From Candidatus Tagabacteria bacterium (GTDB lineage: Bacteria; Patescibacteriota; Minisyncoccia; GCA-002779875), in assembly GCA_963820595.1 (NCBI GenBank), contig CAWGAO010000007.1, positions 49,071 through 113,070 on the forward strand: a DNA stretch of 64,000 nucleotides. Reading direction: 5' to 3'. Under the pieces are notes generated by a model. That model did not search any database. It worked only from the letters and a program-made list of their open reading frames with translations, and was not told where the DNA came from. Positions 1 through 9,072 of this stretch are shown one piece after another; position 1 is the first letter of the stretch, and each line of letters starts with the position of its first letter. The position numbers and the translations under genes were made by a program.

Positions 1-1126
1 CCAAATTGAGATCAGTACCTTCTTCACTATGATACGAAAAACAAAGGTTATTTGCTTGAATGTGACGCCATTCTAACGGCAATACATGATTTGTAAAACT
101 TTCAGCTTTGAATTCTTTTGAAAGTTCCTCGGCATTCATAACTTTGGCCTTGCGTAAAAGAATTTCTCCATACATGCCGGTGAATTTGAAAAATAATTCG
201 CTGATATTATTGAGGTATTTGACCAACAAATACACGCTGCCAATCAATACGCCTTGCGGCGTTGCGATATTCTGCCAAAAGTACACACCCAATACCACGA
301 TAGCCATTATGGTGCAGCATATACTGGTCAGAAACCACTTTATTTCGCTGATAACGTTATTTTTCCTGAAAAGCGCGAAAGGTCTTTCTATTTTTCCGGC
401 AATTGTGTTAAACACCAATCGCTCGACTCTAAGAATAATTACCGTAGTAATATTACTTATCGCGTCAAATACGCTCTCCGAAATGTGATTTTCGGCATGA
501 TTAAGCTCTTTATACTGGCCTATCAGGACTTTATCAAACCGAGTGGTAATCCACGCACTGACAAGAATCATCGCGAAAACGATATACGCGGCTGGCTGGC
601 TGAAATACGCGAGCATAATATAACTTATAACAAGTTTAATTAAAGCCGATATCACTTCAAAAGACTCTCCTGAGAATAAATACAAAGCGTTTGTGCCTTT
701 TTCAACTTTGTCGATGGTATCACCCGAATGATGGTCGGTATGCCATTCCATCGGCAGCGTCATTACGCCCTTGAGCAAATGTTTACGGTAATTTGCCCTG
801 ACCTTGAATGCGTTTATGTTCTCAATTAATCGAGCCGGACCGTGGAAAATCCAGAAAAATATTTCAATCGCAAGCGTAAGCATCAGAAATCCCAGCAGAA
901 ATTTAATATTTTCGCTGGTTATGCCCTCTTTCTGAATAGTGTTAATAATCTTTGCCATTACGAGTGGCTCAAAAAGGTATTCAATCGTATTGGCAACAAT
1001 AAACATGAACCAATACAGCACGATATTTTTCCGATTGCCCGCCGAGTAATGCCATGTTTTTCCGAATAAATAGAAAAGCGGATTATTTTTTTCTTTTCTC
1101 GCTTTTAATATCTCCTCCGTAGCCAT
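1..1126 (-). CDS. ABC exporter, fused permease/ATPase (transmembrane domain plus first residues of the ATPase; C-terminus runs off the window)
   Basis: Absent from the ORF track because it is open to the window edge. My minus-strand translation from the ATG at 1126 (GGAGG 5 nt upstream) reads MATEEILKARKEKNNPLFYLFGKTWHY... It has multiple hydrophobic helices and ends ...LEWRHIQANNLCFSYHSEEG, a typical start of an ABC nucleotide-binding domain. Confidence 0.8.
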   Translation of the reverse strand, partial: MATEEILKARKEKNNPLFYLFGKTWHYSAGNRKNIVLYWFMFIVANTIEYLFEPLVMAKIINTIQKEGITSENIKFLLGFLMLTLAIEIFFWIFHGPARLIENINAFKVRANYRKHLLKGVMTLPMEWHTDHHSGDTIDKVEKGTNALYLFSGESFEVISALIKLVISYIMLAYFSQPAAYIVFAMILVSAWITTRFDKVLIGQYKELNHAENHISESVFDAISNITTVIILRVERLVFNTIAGKIERPFALFRKNNVISEIKWFLTSICCTIMAIVVLGVYFWQNIATPQGVLIGSVYLLVKYLNNISELFFKFTGMYGEILLRKAKVMNAEELSKEFKAESFTNHVLPLEWRHIQANNLCFSYHSEEGTDLNL

Positions 1127-1150
1127 AACTGCCTCCTTTTTTTAGATTTT

Positions 1151-1190
1151 CCCGACGTAAAGTCGGGATCCCTGCCTGCCGGCAGGCAGG
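1151..1190. repeat. GC-rich palindromes (CCCGACgtaaaGTCGGG and CCTGCCTGCCGGCAGGCAGG)
   Basis: Perfect 20-bp palindrome at 1171-1190. The same CCTGCCTGC/GCAGGCAGG core recurs at 14662, 47237 and 57223, and in degenerate form at 49372. Confidence 0.85.
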
Positions 1191-1237
1191 CCGACTTCCT
1201 TATTTTAAAAGAACTATAATGAAGCGTCGGGACAAAG

Positions 1238-1270
1238 AACAAAAATGCCTTGCTCTTTCTTTGAGCAAGA
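1238..1270 (-). terminator. putative intrinsic terminator
   Basis: Minus-strand stem CTTGCTC/GAGCAAG followed by GCATTTTTG, downstream of the dac gene. Confidence 0.55.
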
Positions 1271-1537
1271 CATTATAAAAACCCAGTGTAAATTTTACTC
1301 AAGTTTCTAGCACATCTTGCTCAAAGATTAAAGAATTAACTAATTTAAGGGAATTAACTCCCGCATTGACTAAAATAAGACGAGAAATAGGAGAAAAACC
1401 CGCATTAGAAATTCGGGTATTAACAAACCAAATGTTTTTTAATTTGTTTTCCATAATCCTTTTATTTTTCCGCCTCAAAATCATAGACAGGCGGATGTTT
1501 TATACGTAGCATAAAAGAAAATTTCTGTCAACTATAT

Positions 1538-2506
1538 TTAGGGTATCGAATTATAGATAGTTTTGACATCATTGAAACGGCCGTCGGGCGTGGAGCCGAG
1601 AACAACGATAATAAACGGATGAGCGTATCCTTTGTCCGCAACAACCGCGAGATTGCCTCCAGCCAAATCGGTGAAGCCCGTTTTACCGGCTATAAAACCC
1701 GCCAAATCGGTGATAATTTTATCAGTATTTTTAAATTCCCGTAAATTAATTTCGATTTTTTCAAAGCGAGTAATTTCCATCAGTGACGGATAATTTTTGA
1801 TGACGTATAAAATAAGATTGACAATGTCTTTGGCTGAACCGTACGCCCCGGCGGTATTTTTTGAAAAATCAAGCCCGGTTGGATTAACAAAATAAGTTTG
1901 CATTAAATTAAGTTCCTCGGCTTTTTTATTCATCAGCAAGACAAAATCCTTACCGAGATCTTTATTTAATTCGGAAGCGAGCGCAAACGCCGCATCGTTT
2001 GAAGAGGATATCATCATAGCATCCATTAAATCGGCAAGGGGCCATTGCTCTCCCGTTTTAAATCCCTCGTCTCCTTCCTGTAAAACTGCTTCTTTTGATA
2101 TTGTCACGAGAAGATGAGACGGCAGATTTTCCTGCGCAACGAGAGCGGTCATGATTTTGGTAAGACTCGCAAGCGGCAGCTGTATTTCCGAATTCAATTC
2201 AAAAACAGGTTTGTTTTCGACTATATCAAAAACATATGCAGCTTTTGCCTCCAGTTTTATATTTGAAAAAAGAGATGCTTCTTCGTTTTGTTTTTTCAGG
2301 CGCTCAAATTTTTTAACACTGGATTGGGAATTTTCTAACTTGGCATTTTTTGCGTAGGGTGAAAAAAAGGAAAGCCAAATAAAAAAACCGACAACCCCGA
2401 TAACGATGAGATATGAGATACTACTCTGTCCCCTCTTTTTTCGAAGCTGGCTCTCCCTCTTTTGAGCTTTCCATAAATTGGTCAATTGTTTTCTTGAAAT
2501 TTTCAT
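1538..2506 (-). CDS. D-alanyl-D-alanine carboxypeptidase (peptidase S11, low-MW PBP)
   Basis: N-terminal TM helix, then the SxxK (ASLTK), SxN (SSSND) and KTG (GKTGFT) motifs in the expected order. The 5' end overlaps scpB by 86 nt, so the true start is uncertain. Confidence 0.85.
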   Translation of the reverse strand: MKISRKQLTNLWKAQKRESQLRKKRGQSSISYLIVIGVVGFFIWLSFFSPYAKNAKLENSQSSVKKFERLKKQNEEASLFSNIKLEAKAAYVFDIVENKPVFELNSEIQLPLASLTKIMTALVAQENLPSHLLVTISKEAVLQEGDEGFKTGEQWPLADLMDAMMISSSNDAAFALASELNKDLGKDFVLLMNKKAEELNLMQTYFVNPTGLDFSKNTAGAYGSAKDIVNLILYVIKNYPSLMEITRFEKIEINLREFKNTDKIITDLAGFIAGKTGFTDLAGGNLAVVADKGYAHPFIIVVLGSTPDGRFNDVKTIYNSIP

Positions 2507-2987
2507 ATTCAGGTAGCTTGTTTATATCGGTTACGCCTAAAAACTGCATGAAGCGGAATGATGGGCTGTATAAATAGCTGCGGTTGTCTTTAGGGTTTAT
2601 TTTCCTTTCGACTACACCCCTTACTAAAAGATTGCGGAGAGTAAAACTTGAATTTACTCCCCGGATATAATCGATATCGGCGCGGTTCACTTGTTCTCGA
2701 TAGACAATTATGCTTAAGACTTCCAGTCCCGCTTTGCCGATATCTTTATTAAATTCCTCTTTGCTGACGGCTTCACATATTTTTGATGCTTCGGCTGCCG
2801 TGACCAGCATCATCGCGTTATCCTTTTTCGCCAGCCTGATTCCCCGCTCCTCAAGCTTTTGTTCTAAAATTGCGATAGCGTCATTTATTTCCTTTTCCGG
2901 TCTGTCCAAAATTTCCGCCAGCCGCTTGATTTTCATCGGCTCACCTTCCAAAAACAATATTGCCTCAATGTAAGAATCTAGGTTCAT
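2421..2987 (-). CDS. scpB: segregation and condensation protein B
   Basis: N-terminus MNLDSYIEAILFLEGEPMKIKRLAEIL and two winged-helix repeats typical of ScpB; lies directly downstream of scpA. Confidence 0.85.
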   Translation of the reverse strand: MNLDSYIEAILFLEGEPMKIKRLAEILDRPEKEINDAIAILEQKLEERGIRLAKKDNAMMLVTAAEASKICEAVSKEEFNKDIGKAGLEVLSIIVYREQVNRADIDYIRGVNSSFTLRNLLVRGVVERKINPKDNRSYLYSPSFRFMQFLGVTDINKLPEYENFKKTIDQFMESSKEGEPASKKEGTE

Positions 2988-3094
2988 GATTGATTTTCTT
3001 AATGAGCGAAGCGAGTTTTAGAAAATCATCACCCGCCCAAGTTTTTGCTTCGCAAAAATTTAGGCGGGTTAGAAAAATATAGTCGCTTCGCTCC
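2988..3094. repeat. nested-hairpin intercistronic element, short form (copy A1)
   Basis: Outer arms GAGCGAAGCGA (3004-3014) and TCGCTTCGCTC (3083-3093). Inner arms CACCCGCCC and GGCGGGT(T). It fills the whole scpA-scpB gap. Confidence 0.85.
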
Positions 3095-3865
3095 TTATTT
3101 TCCATAATTTTTCTTTATCTTGATATTATCAAATACCGCGGCTTGTTCAACTATTATAAAGCCGCGTTTTATCAGCTCCAATACGGCCAGAAAGCTGACT
3201 ATAATTTCAATTTTTTCATGTTTGCCATCCGAGGCATCGGAAAAAGACATTTCGATTTTCTGCTGTATCCGGGAAACTATTTCCGACATTTTCTTTTCCA
3301 GACTGACGACTTTTTTGACCAAAGCTCTTGGTAAAATTTCTTTTTGGGGCAGGTTCGCAGCTATTTGCTTTAAGACGGAATATAATTTTTCTTTAGTCGT
3401 GCCTTTCGGTTCGAGAAAATTGAAACTAAAACCCAGAAATGCCTCCCGTTCAAACATCAGATTTCCGCCGAAAGTTTTTCCGAGGACCATAGCCGCGTTT
3501 TTAATACAGCTGTAAATCCGGAGACGGCGCTCAAGATCTTTGATGTCTCCAGTCTCTTCTTCAGAAAGTTCAAAACTCGGAATAAGCGAGGAAGATTTGA
3601 TAAGAAGAAGCGTTGAGGCAATTGCGATAAAAGCCGCCACCTCTTCCATCGGAAATCCTTCAAGTGATTTTAAGTATTCAACATACTGGTCCGTAACGTC
3701 TGCCAAAGAAACCTCATTAATAGAAAGTTTGCGCTTTTCTATTAATTCCAAAAGCAACGCCAGCGGCCCTTCGAATTGTTGGAGTTTCACTTGATACACG
3801 TTCTCAATTATATTCTTTTTTAGCTTTTTGACGAGGGCTTCAATAAAAAATTTAAACCTTGACAA
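3095..3865 (-). CDS. scpA: segregation and condensation protein A (TTG start)
   Basis: LQQFEGPLALLLELIEKRKLSINEVSLADVTDQY is the conserved ScpA N-terminal signature. Confidence 0.85.
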   Translation of the reverse strand: MSRFKFFIEALVKKLKKNIIENVYQVKLQQFEGPLALLLELIEKRKLSINEVSLADVTDQYVEYLKSLEGFPMEEVAAFIAIASTLLLIKSSSLIPSFELSEEETGDIKDLERRLRIYSCIKNAAMVLGKTFGGNLMFEREAFLGFSFNFLEPKGTTKEKLYSVLKQIAANLPQKEILPRALVKKVVSLEKKMSEIVSRIQQKIEMSFSDASDGKHEKIEIIVSFLAVLELIKRGFIIVEQAAVFDNIKIKKNYGK

Positions 3866-3980
3866 GATTTAAAAGGAATGGTAAGAATTAGGCGATGCGA
3901 TACAGTAAGGCCCATTGTGGGCAAAAAGAGTATTTAGCAGCTCTTTGAAAATTTAACAAAAAAGTCAGGAGGAAAAAGTA

Positions 3981-5299
3981 ATGAAGATCAAAAGCCGGTT
4001 TTTGGGATTATTAATTGCAATTGCTGTAATTTGTGGCAGTTTCGCAGTAGTTTCTTCATCTTTTGCTGTAGTTGTGAAATCGAAACCGATTACCATTACA
4101 GCATCGGTTACGCCAAAGGCGGGCGGCACCATTATGCCATCCGGCAAAGTCCCGGTCGACTACGGGACGAATTTCACGTTTGATATAGCGCCAAGCGATG
4201 ATTACGAAATCGCAGGTGTGACGGTGGATGGAAAATCGCAGGGAGCGATTAGTCAATATACATTCACTAATGTAACGGCTAAACATTCCATAACAGCAAA
4301 ATTCAGGATTGTCACTCATACTATTACTGTCACAACCGGAGAAAACGTCCAGATTTCACCTTCAGGAATAATAAAAGCTAAACGCGGGAAGAAAATAAAT
4401 TTCATCATTAAGCCTCTTAGCAAAGACGTTGAGCCGATGCTATTAGTCGATGGCGCAAAAATAGATCTGACCAAAACAAAAAGCAGTTATAAATTTACGC
4501 TTACGGTAACAGGCAATCACGCCGTCTTGGCTACAATTACCAACCCACGATCAACGCTATGGTTGCTAGCCCGGCTGCAGTTTCTCCTGGCGGCACTTCC
4601 ACAATTTCTGTTTATGCCTCGGATCCCGAAGGCGATCCCTTGACTTATAGTTGGTCAGCTAACGGAGGAAATCTTTCCGCTACCAGTGGCACAGGACCGA
4701 TAATCTGGACTGCTCCAAACACTCCGGGAACTTACACGGTAACCGTAAGCGTGACAGACGGAAAAGATAGACACAATCCGGTTTCTCAATCGATAAACAT
4801 AACTGTGATTTCAAACTCGCCACACGGCCAGCTAAGTCTGAGTTTTGACCCAAATCCCGCTCCACGGTCGTCATCGTCATGCGCAGGACATACACCGACC
4901 TGGCAATTCACGGCTTATCTTGCCGAGACAGGAGGGGTGGGAGTAACTATTGCCAAATTTACCGTTAACTTTTATGATGCCAATGGCAAATACATATCAA
5001 CGGTGACAAAGACGGCCACAGATTTCGCCAACTGGTTCGGCCCCAGACCGGGAAGTTCGCATATTCGCGCAAACGCCAAGATTTACGGAAAGTTATGCGT
5101 ATGGTTTCACAACCACAGCAGCGGATCTGTTGTCATAACTTTTTATGGAACGGATGATAATGGTCATAATATTTCAGTATCCCTTAGAGAAGTTTTAAGC
5201 GGACTACCAAGCAGTTCGCAAAGCCTGACAGAAGAGGAAGAAAACAGCATGAACTTTATAGTTCCTGAAGTAGGAATTGGAGCAGGCGCATGTCAATAA
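3981..5299 (+). pseudogene. secreted Ig/PKD-like repeat protein, two frames (3981-4643 and 4559-5299) joined by an apparent 1-nt frameshift near 4540-4555
   Basis: Signal peptide MKIKSRFLGLLIAIAVICGSFAVVSS. The second frame has no signal peptide and stays open upstream of its ATG. Joining the frames gives ...ATITNP/PTINAMVASPAAVSPGG...DPEGDPLTYSWSA, a PKD-like motif. Confidence 0.6.
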
Positions 5300-5322
5300 A
5301 ACTTGATGAGCCTGATTGATAT

Positions 5323-5357
5323 AAAAAAAGCCCGACAGAATGTCGGGCTTTTTTTTT
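5323..5357. terminator. bidirectional intrinsic terminator
   Basis: AAAAAAA-GCCCGACA-gaa-TGTCGGGC-TTTTTTTTT, between convergent genes. Confidence 0.85.
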
Positions 5358-5365
5358 AGTCTGCA

Positions 5366-6046
5366 TTATTTACAGCAATGGGCATTTTTTCCGTTTATTA
5401 CTGCATTCGGCATGAAGCCTAAATCAGTCTCATTCGACCTGCAGGCATTGCCATTTTTCATCACTGCTGCGACGTAACCATTTTCGTTTCCGCATTCAAT
5501 GTAATCTATGCTTTTGGCATTATTCGCCGGAAGATATTGGAACGTTGAAGAAGCCGGAAACTGTTGCGGAAATTGCTGTTTTAGGTAATCAACATAGGAA
5601 CCTCGGCAATATTTTACAAGTAAATCGCTGCCTAAATTATTGCCAAGGTTTTCGAAAAAATTCTTGAGCTCTTCCGCCGGTATTTGACAGTTTTCTTGTT
5701 GCTGCGGTAGTTTCGATTGCGAGGGAAAATCAATGGTATTTTCTAAATAACAAACATTCCCTTGAAATCCCTTTATCGTCGTGTTTATTTTCAACCCTAG
5801 AAAATCGACGCTGTATTTCATTGGCGTGCAAGATTCTTCTTTTTCTAAAACGCATTTTTCATCAGATTTACAGATTTCTTCCGATGTTGGGATTGCCGGC
5901 GTCGAAGTAGATGTTTTGGATAATTTTAATTTTTGTATTTGTGTCCGATAATAATAAACTCCTCCGCCTGCCGCCAGAACTCCAATGATTATTAAAATTA
6001 TTACTACTATTTGTATAATGCCTTTTTGGTTCATTCTTTGGTTCAT
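5366..6046 (-). CDS. hypothetical membrane-anchored Cys-rich extracytoplasmic protein
   Basis: Long ORF with an N-terminal TM helix (IIQIVVIILIIIGVLAAGGGVYYY). I recognise no family. Confidence 0.55.
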   Translation of the reverse strand: MNQRMNQKGIIQIVVIILIIIGVLAAGGGVYYYRTQIQKLKLSKTSTSTPAIPTSEEICKSDEKCVLEKEESCTPMKYSVDFLGLKINTTIKGFQGNVCYLENTIDFPSQSKLPQQQENCQIPAEELKNFFENLGNNLGSDLLVKYCRGSYVDYLKQQFPQQFPASSTFQYLPANNAKSIDYIECGNENGYVAAVMKNGNACRSNETDLGFMPNAVINGKNAHCCK

Positions 6047-6104
6047 AATTAATTTTAAAATTTAATTATTACAATATACTATTATACTATAACTTCTCTA
6101 AATT

Positions 6105-7511
6105 TCATTTCGGTTTTTTGCCTCCTTCAATTTTCAGATGGAGGTCTTTGAGCTGATCTTTGCTGATGTCGGATGGAGCGTCCATCATTAGGTCCCGGCC
6201 GTCGCCGGTTTTCGGGAAAGCGATTACCTCGCGGATATTCGGCTCGTTTTGAAGAATCATAACTATTCTATCTATGCCTGGAGCAAAACCGCCATGCGGA
6301 GGCGCACCATATTTAAATGCCTCTAGCATATGCCCGAATCTCAATTTTTGTTCCTCTTTGGAAATATTGAGATATTCGAAAACTTTCTGTTGAACTTCCG
6401 ACTTATGAATTCTGATACTGCCAGAACTCAATTCATAACCATTTAGTATTAGGTCGTATGAATTGGCGCGGATTGAAAACAAATCTTCACCCTTCATAAA
6501 TTTTTCCATATCTTCGTCTTTTATTGCGCAAAACGGGTGATGAGTCGCTTGAATGTTTCCTTTTTCGTCTTTTTCAAACATTGGAAAGTCAACAATCCAG
6601 ACAAAACTGAGTTCGTCCGGATTATTTCTATCCTTTCTTAAGTCCGGCTTGTTGCTACTGTATTTTTCCATTGATTCTTTGTAAATAAGGCGCGGGAAAG
6701 GAGTTTCGGTTATTTTTTTGTTTGGGTATAAAGTTTTAATCAACTTAATAAACATTTCTTCGGTGTATTGCAAAACGTCTTCCTGTGTTATAAAAGACAT
6801 CTCAAAATCAAGCTGGGTGAATTCCGGCTGCCTGTCCCCTCTCGTGTCTTCATCGCGAAAACATCTGGCTATTTGGAAATATTTTTCAAATCCGGCAACC
6901 ATGCAAAGTTGTTTAAACTGCTGTGGAGATTGCGGTAGAACATAAAATTTACCCTGATGCAGACGTGATGGCACAACGTATTCGCGTGAACCTTCGGGTG
7001 TTCCCTTCATCAAAATTGGCGTCTCGATTTCCACAAAACCGTTTTTATGCATGTGATTACGGAAAAAATTGATTACATTGTCACGCATTCTTAGATTTTT
7101 CTGCAGTCTATCTCTGCGCAAATCAATGTAGCGGTATTTTAATCTGTTTTCTTCGTTAATTTCATAGCCGTCCGTATCGGGAAGAAAGGGAGGCGTTTCG
7201 GCCGGGTTTAATATTTCGATTTTTTCGGCAGCCATTTCAATAAGGCCTGTTTTTAGGGCAGGATTTTGCATTCCTTGGGGTCGGGCATTTATTTTTCCTT
7301 CAATAGAAACTACCCACTCGGAACGCAAAGAGCCGGCTTTCTCATACGCTTCGCCGAGCTGGGGCGCAAAAACAACCTGCAGGATGCCGGAGCGGTCTCT
7401 CAAGTCGATAAAAATAATTTTTCCGTGGTCTCTCCGTGAATGGACCCAACCCGACACCTTGACGCTTTTACCTTCGTAATCGGGAGTTTTCTCAATAAAA
7501 ATCCGTTCCAT
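6105..7511 (-). CDS. aspS: aspartyl-tRNA synthetase, bacterial type but lacking the GAD insertion domain
   Basis: Class II motifs FRDEDTRGDRQPEFTQLDFEMSF and GGFAPGIDRIVM. It is only 468 aa, and SNKPDLRKDRNNPDELSFVWIVDFPMFE joins directly where the roughly 130-aa GAD domain normally sits. Confidence 0.9.
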   Translation of the reverse strand: MERIFIEKTPDYEGKSVKVSGWVHSRRDHGKIIFIDLRDRSGILQVVFAPQLGEAYEKAGSLRSEWVVSIEGKINARPQGMQNPALKTGLIEMAAEKIEILNPAETPPFLPDTDGYEINEENRLKYRYIDLRRDRLQKNLRMRDNVINFFRNHMHKNGFVEIETPILMKGTPEGSREYVVPSRLHQGKFYVLPQSPQQFKQLCMVAGFEKYFQIARCFRDEDTRGDRQPEFTQLDFEMSFITQEDVLQYTEEMFIKLIKTLYPNKKITETPFPRLIYKESMEKYSSNKPDLRKDRNNPDELSFVWIVDFPMFEKDEKGNIQATHHPFCAIKDEDMEKFMKGEDLFSIRANSYDLILNGYELSSGSIRIHKSEVQQKVFEYLNISKEEQKLRFGHMLEAFKYGAPPHGGFAPGIDRIVMILQNEPNIREVIAFPKTGDGRDLMMDAPSDISKDQLKDLHLKIEGGKKPK

Positions 7512-7699
7512 ATGATAAATTTTCTTAACGAGCGAAGCGAGTTTTAAAAAATCATCACCCCGCCCTCTATGCTGTAATGATAACTCTATAAACGATATCG
7601 TTCAAATAGTATTTAGAATCGTCTACTTGCTTTTTAATCGTATGCTTAGAGGGCGGGGTTAAGAAAATATAGTCGCTACGCTCTTTATTTTCTTTAAAA
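7512..7699. repeat. nested-hairpin intercistronic element, short form (copy A2)
   Basis: Same outer GAGCGAAGCGA.../...TCGCTACGCTC arms and inner CCCCGCCCTCTA/TAGAGGGCGGGG arms as A1, with a larger AT-rich loop. It abuts the aspS start. Confidence 0.85.
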
Positions 7700-7818
7700 T
7701 TGACAAACCCCGTTAGAAGTTCAGCCACGGATAGAGATTTAATAATATTAAAAAGTGATTCCGCCTTGCGGCTTTGTTTTGCTGCCTAAAATAGTTTAGT
7801 TGAAAACTTCTAACGGGG
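7700..7818. repeat. TTGACA + CCCCGTTAGAAGTT ... AACTTCTAACGGGG inverted repeat (copy 1)
   Basis: 14-bp arms at 7708-7721 and 7805-7818. A near-identical element lies at 47910-48023. Confidence 0.8.
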
Positions 7819-7819
7819 C

Positions 7820-7857
7820 AAATAAAAAGGCCCTTGGCGTGTATTTGCCAAAGGTCT
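7820..7857 (-). terminator. intrinsic terminator of the CDF transporter gene
   Basis: Minus-strand stem CCTTTGGC/GCCAAGGG followed by CCTTTTTATTT, immediately after the stop. Confidence 0.7.
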
Positions 7858-7861
7858 TTAA

Positions 7862-8737
7862 TTAATTCGGTTCGGGCGGTTCGGGATGAACCATTATGTC
7901 TTTTATCGCGGGTATTTCTTTTTGAATTTCATCGTCTACCCGATGACATATTTCATGGGCTTTTTCAAGGGAAAGGTTTGGATTAAGAATAATGTGGATG
8001 TCTAAAAAAATGTGGCTTTCATCTCCGCGGGTTCGGATCTGATGGCAAGATTTGATTCCCTCTACCGATTCGATGATTTTTTTTATCTTTTCTTTATCCA
8101 CGAGCGATTTATCCGACAAAACTCCCGCCGTCTCTTTGAATATCTCCAAAGCCATTTTCCCGATAAACACGACAACAAAGGAAGCGAAAATTGGGTCAAC
8201 GATGTGCGGCGCGCCGATTTCTATTAATGCCGTTCCCAAAATCACGGCGCTCGTCGTGGCATAATGGCTTTTGGTGTGCATTGAATCCGCTTTGAGGATT
8301 GTGCTTTTCAATTCGATGCCTTTTTTGAATTCATAACGGGCAACAAGAATGTCGATAATTAGGCATCCAATCAAAATTCCCAACGAGAGCGGAAGCCAGG
8401 TGATGTCCGGATGAATAGCCGAAGACGCGGAAAATTTCATGTAGATTTTTCTAATTAGTTCCCACCCGACGATTACGAGGAAAACTAAAATAACCTGTGA
8501 AGCGATTGCTTCGTATTTCCGGTGGCCGTAGGGATGGCTTTCGTCGGCCGGTTTTTCAGCAATCTTTATTCCGAAAATCCCCACAATGTTTGTGGCTCCG
8601 TCAAACAGAGAATGGATGCCATCGCTTAAAATACATAACGTTCCGGAAAAAATTCCTAAAGCGATTTTTGCAAAAGCTACAACCCAATTCAGAAAGAAGA
8701 TTACCAAAAGAATCCTTTTAATTTCGCGGTAATTCAC
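7862..8737 (-). CDS. cation diffusion facilitator family metal efflux transporter (GTG start)
   Basis: Six TM helices, HSLFDGATN...HPYGHRKYE motifs, and a C-terminal cytoplasmic domain. GGAGG lies 8 nt upstream of the GTG. Confidence 0.85.
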   Translation of the reverse strand: MNYREIKRILLVIFFLNWVVAFAKIALGIFSGTLCILSDGIHSLFDGATNIVGIFGIKIAEKPADESHPYGHRKYEAIASQVILVFLVIVGWELIRKIYMKFSASSAIHPDITWLPLSLGILIGCLIIDILVARYEFKKGIELKSTILKADSMHTKSHYATTSAVILGTALIEIGAPHIVDPIFASFVVVFIGKMALEIFKETAGVLSDKSLVDKEKIKKIIESVEGIKSCHQIRTRGDESHIFLDIHIILNPNLSLEKAHEICHRVDDEIQKEIPAIKDIMVHPEPPEPN

Positions 8738-8986
8738 TCGAAAATCCTCCGTTTTTCATTTTTCAAAATGCGATTTCTTTGGGATAACTATAGAGATTCC
8801 GCTAAAAAAATCAAGCCTTTCACGTGCTTGATTCCTAGCGGAAAAAATAGATTTTTAATTTTGTCCGCCCTATTGGACGAAGTTAGAACTTCTTTGATGA
8901 CGATAATCGGTATTTCACCGTTTGCGATTGTGAAGAATTGGTAAGCTTCATATTACGCTGAGCGTTGTAAGTATCATTACAAAGCC

Positions 8987-9015
8987 TTGACAAATCTCAG
9001 AAGAAGTAGTATCTT
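8987..9015 (+). promoter_or_regulatory. possible sigma70-type promoter for the rSAM module
   Basis: TTGACA, 17 nt, TATCTT, about 58 nt upstream of the 9073 start. Confidence 0.4.
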
Positions 9016-9072
9016 TAACACAAACGATATCCTTGAAAATATCACAAAAAAGGCCAAAAATCCTGAAAGGAA

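Noticed and set aside
1299-1484. The 61-aa ORF between dac and the ABC transporter.
   Set aside because: It has no SD and no motifs, and its composition is typical of AT-rich spacer. It probably represents non-coding sequence upstream of the terminator at 1238-1270.
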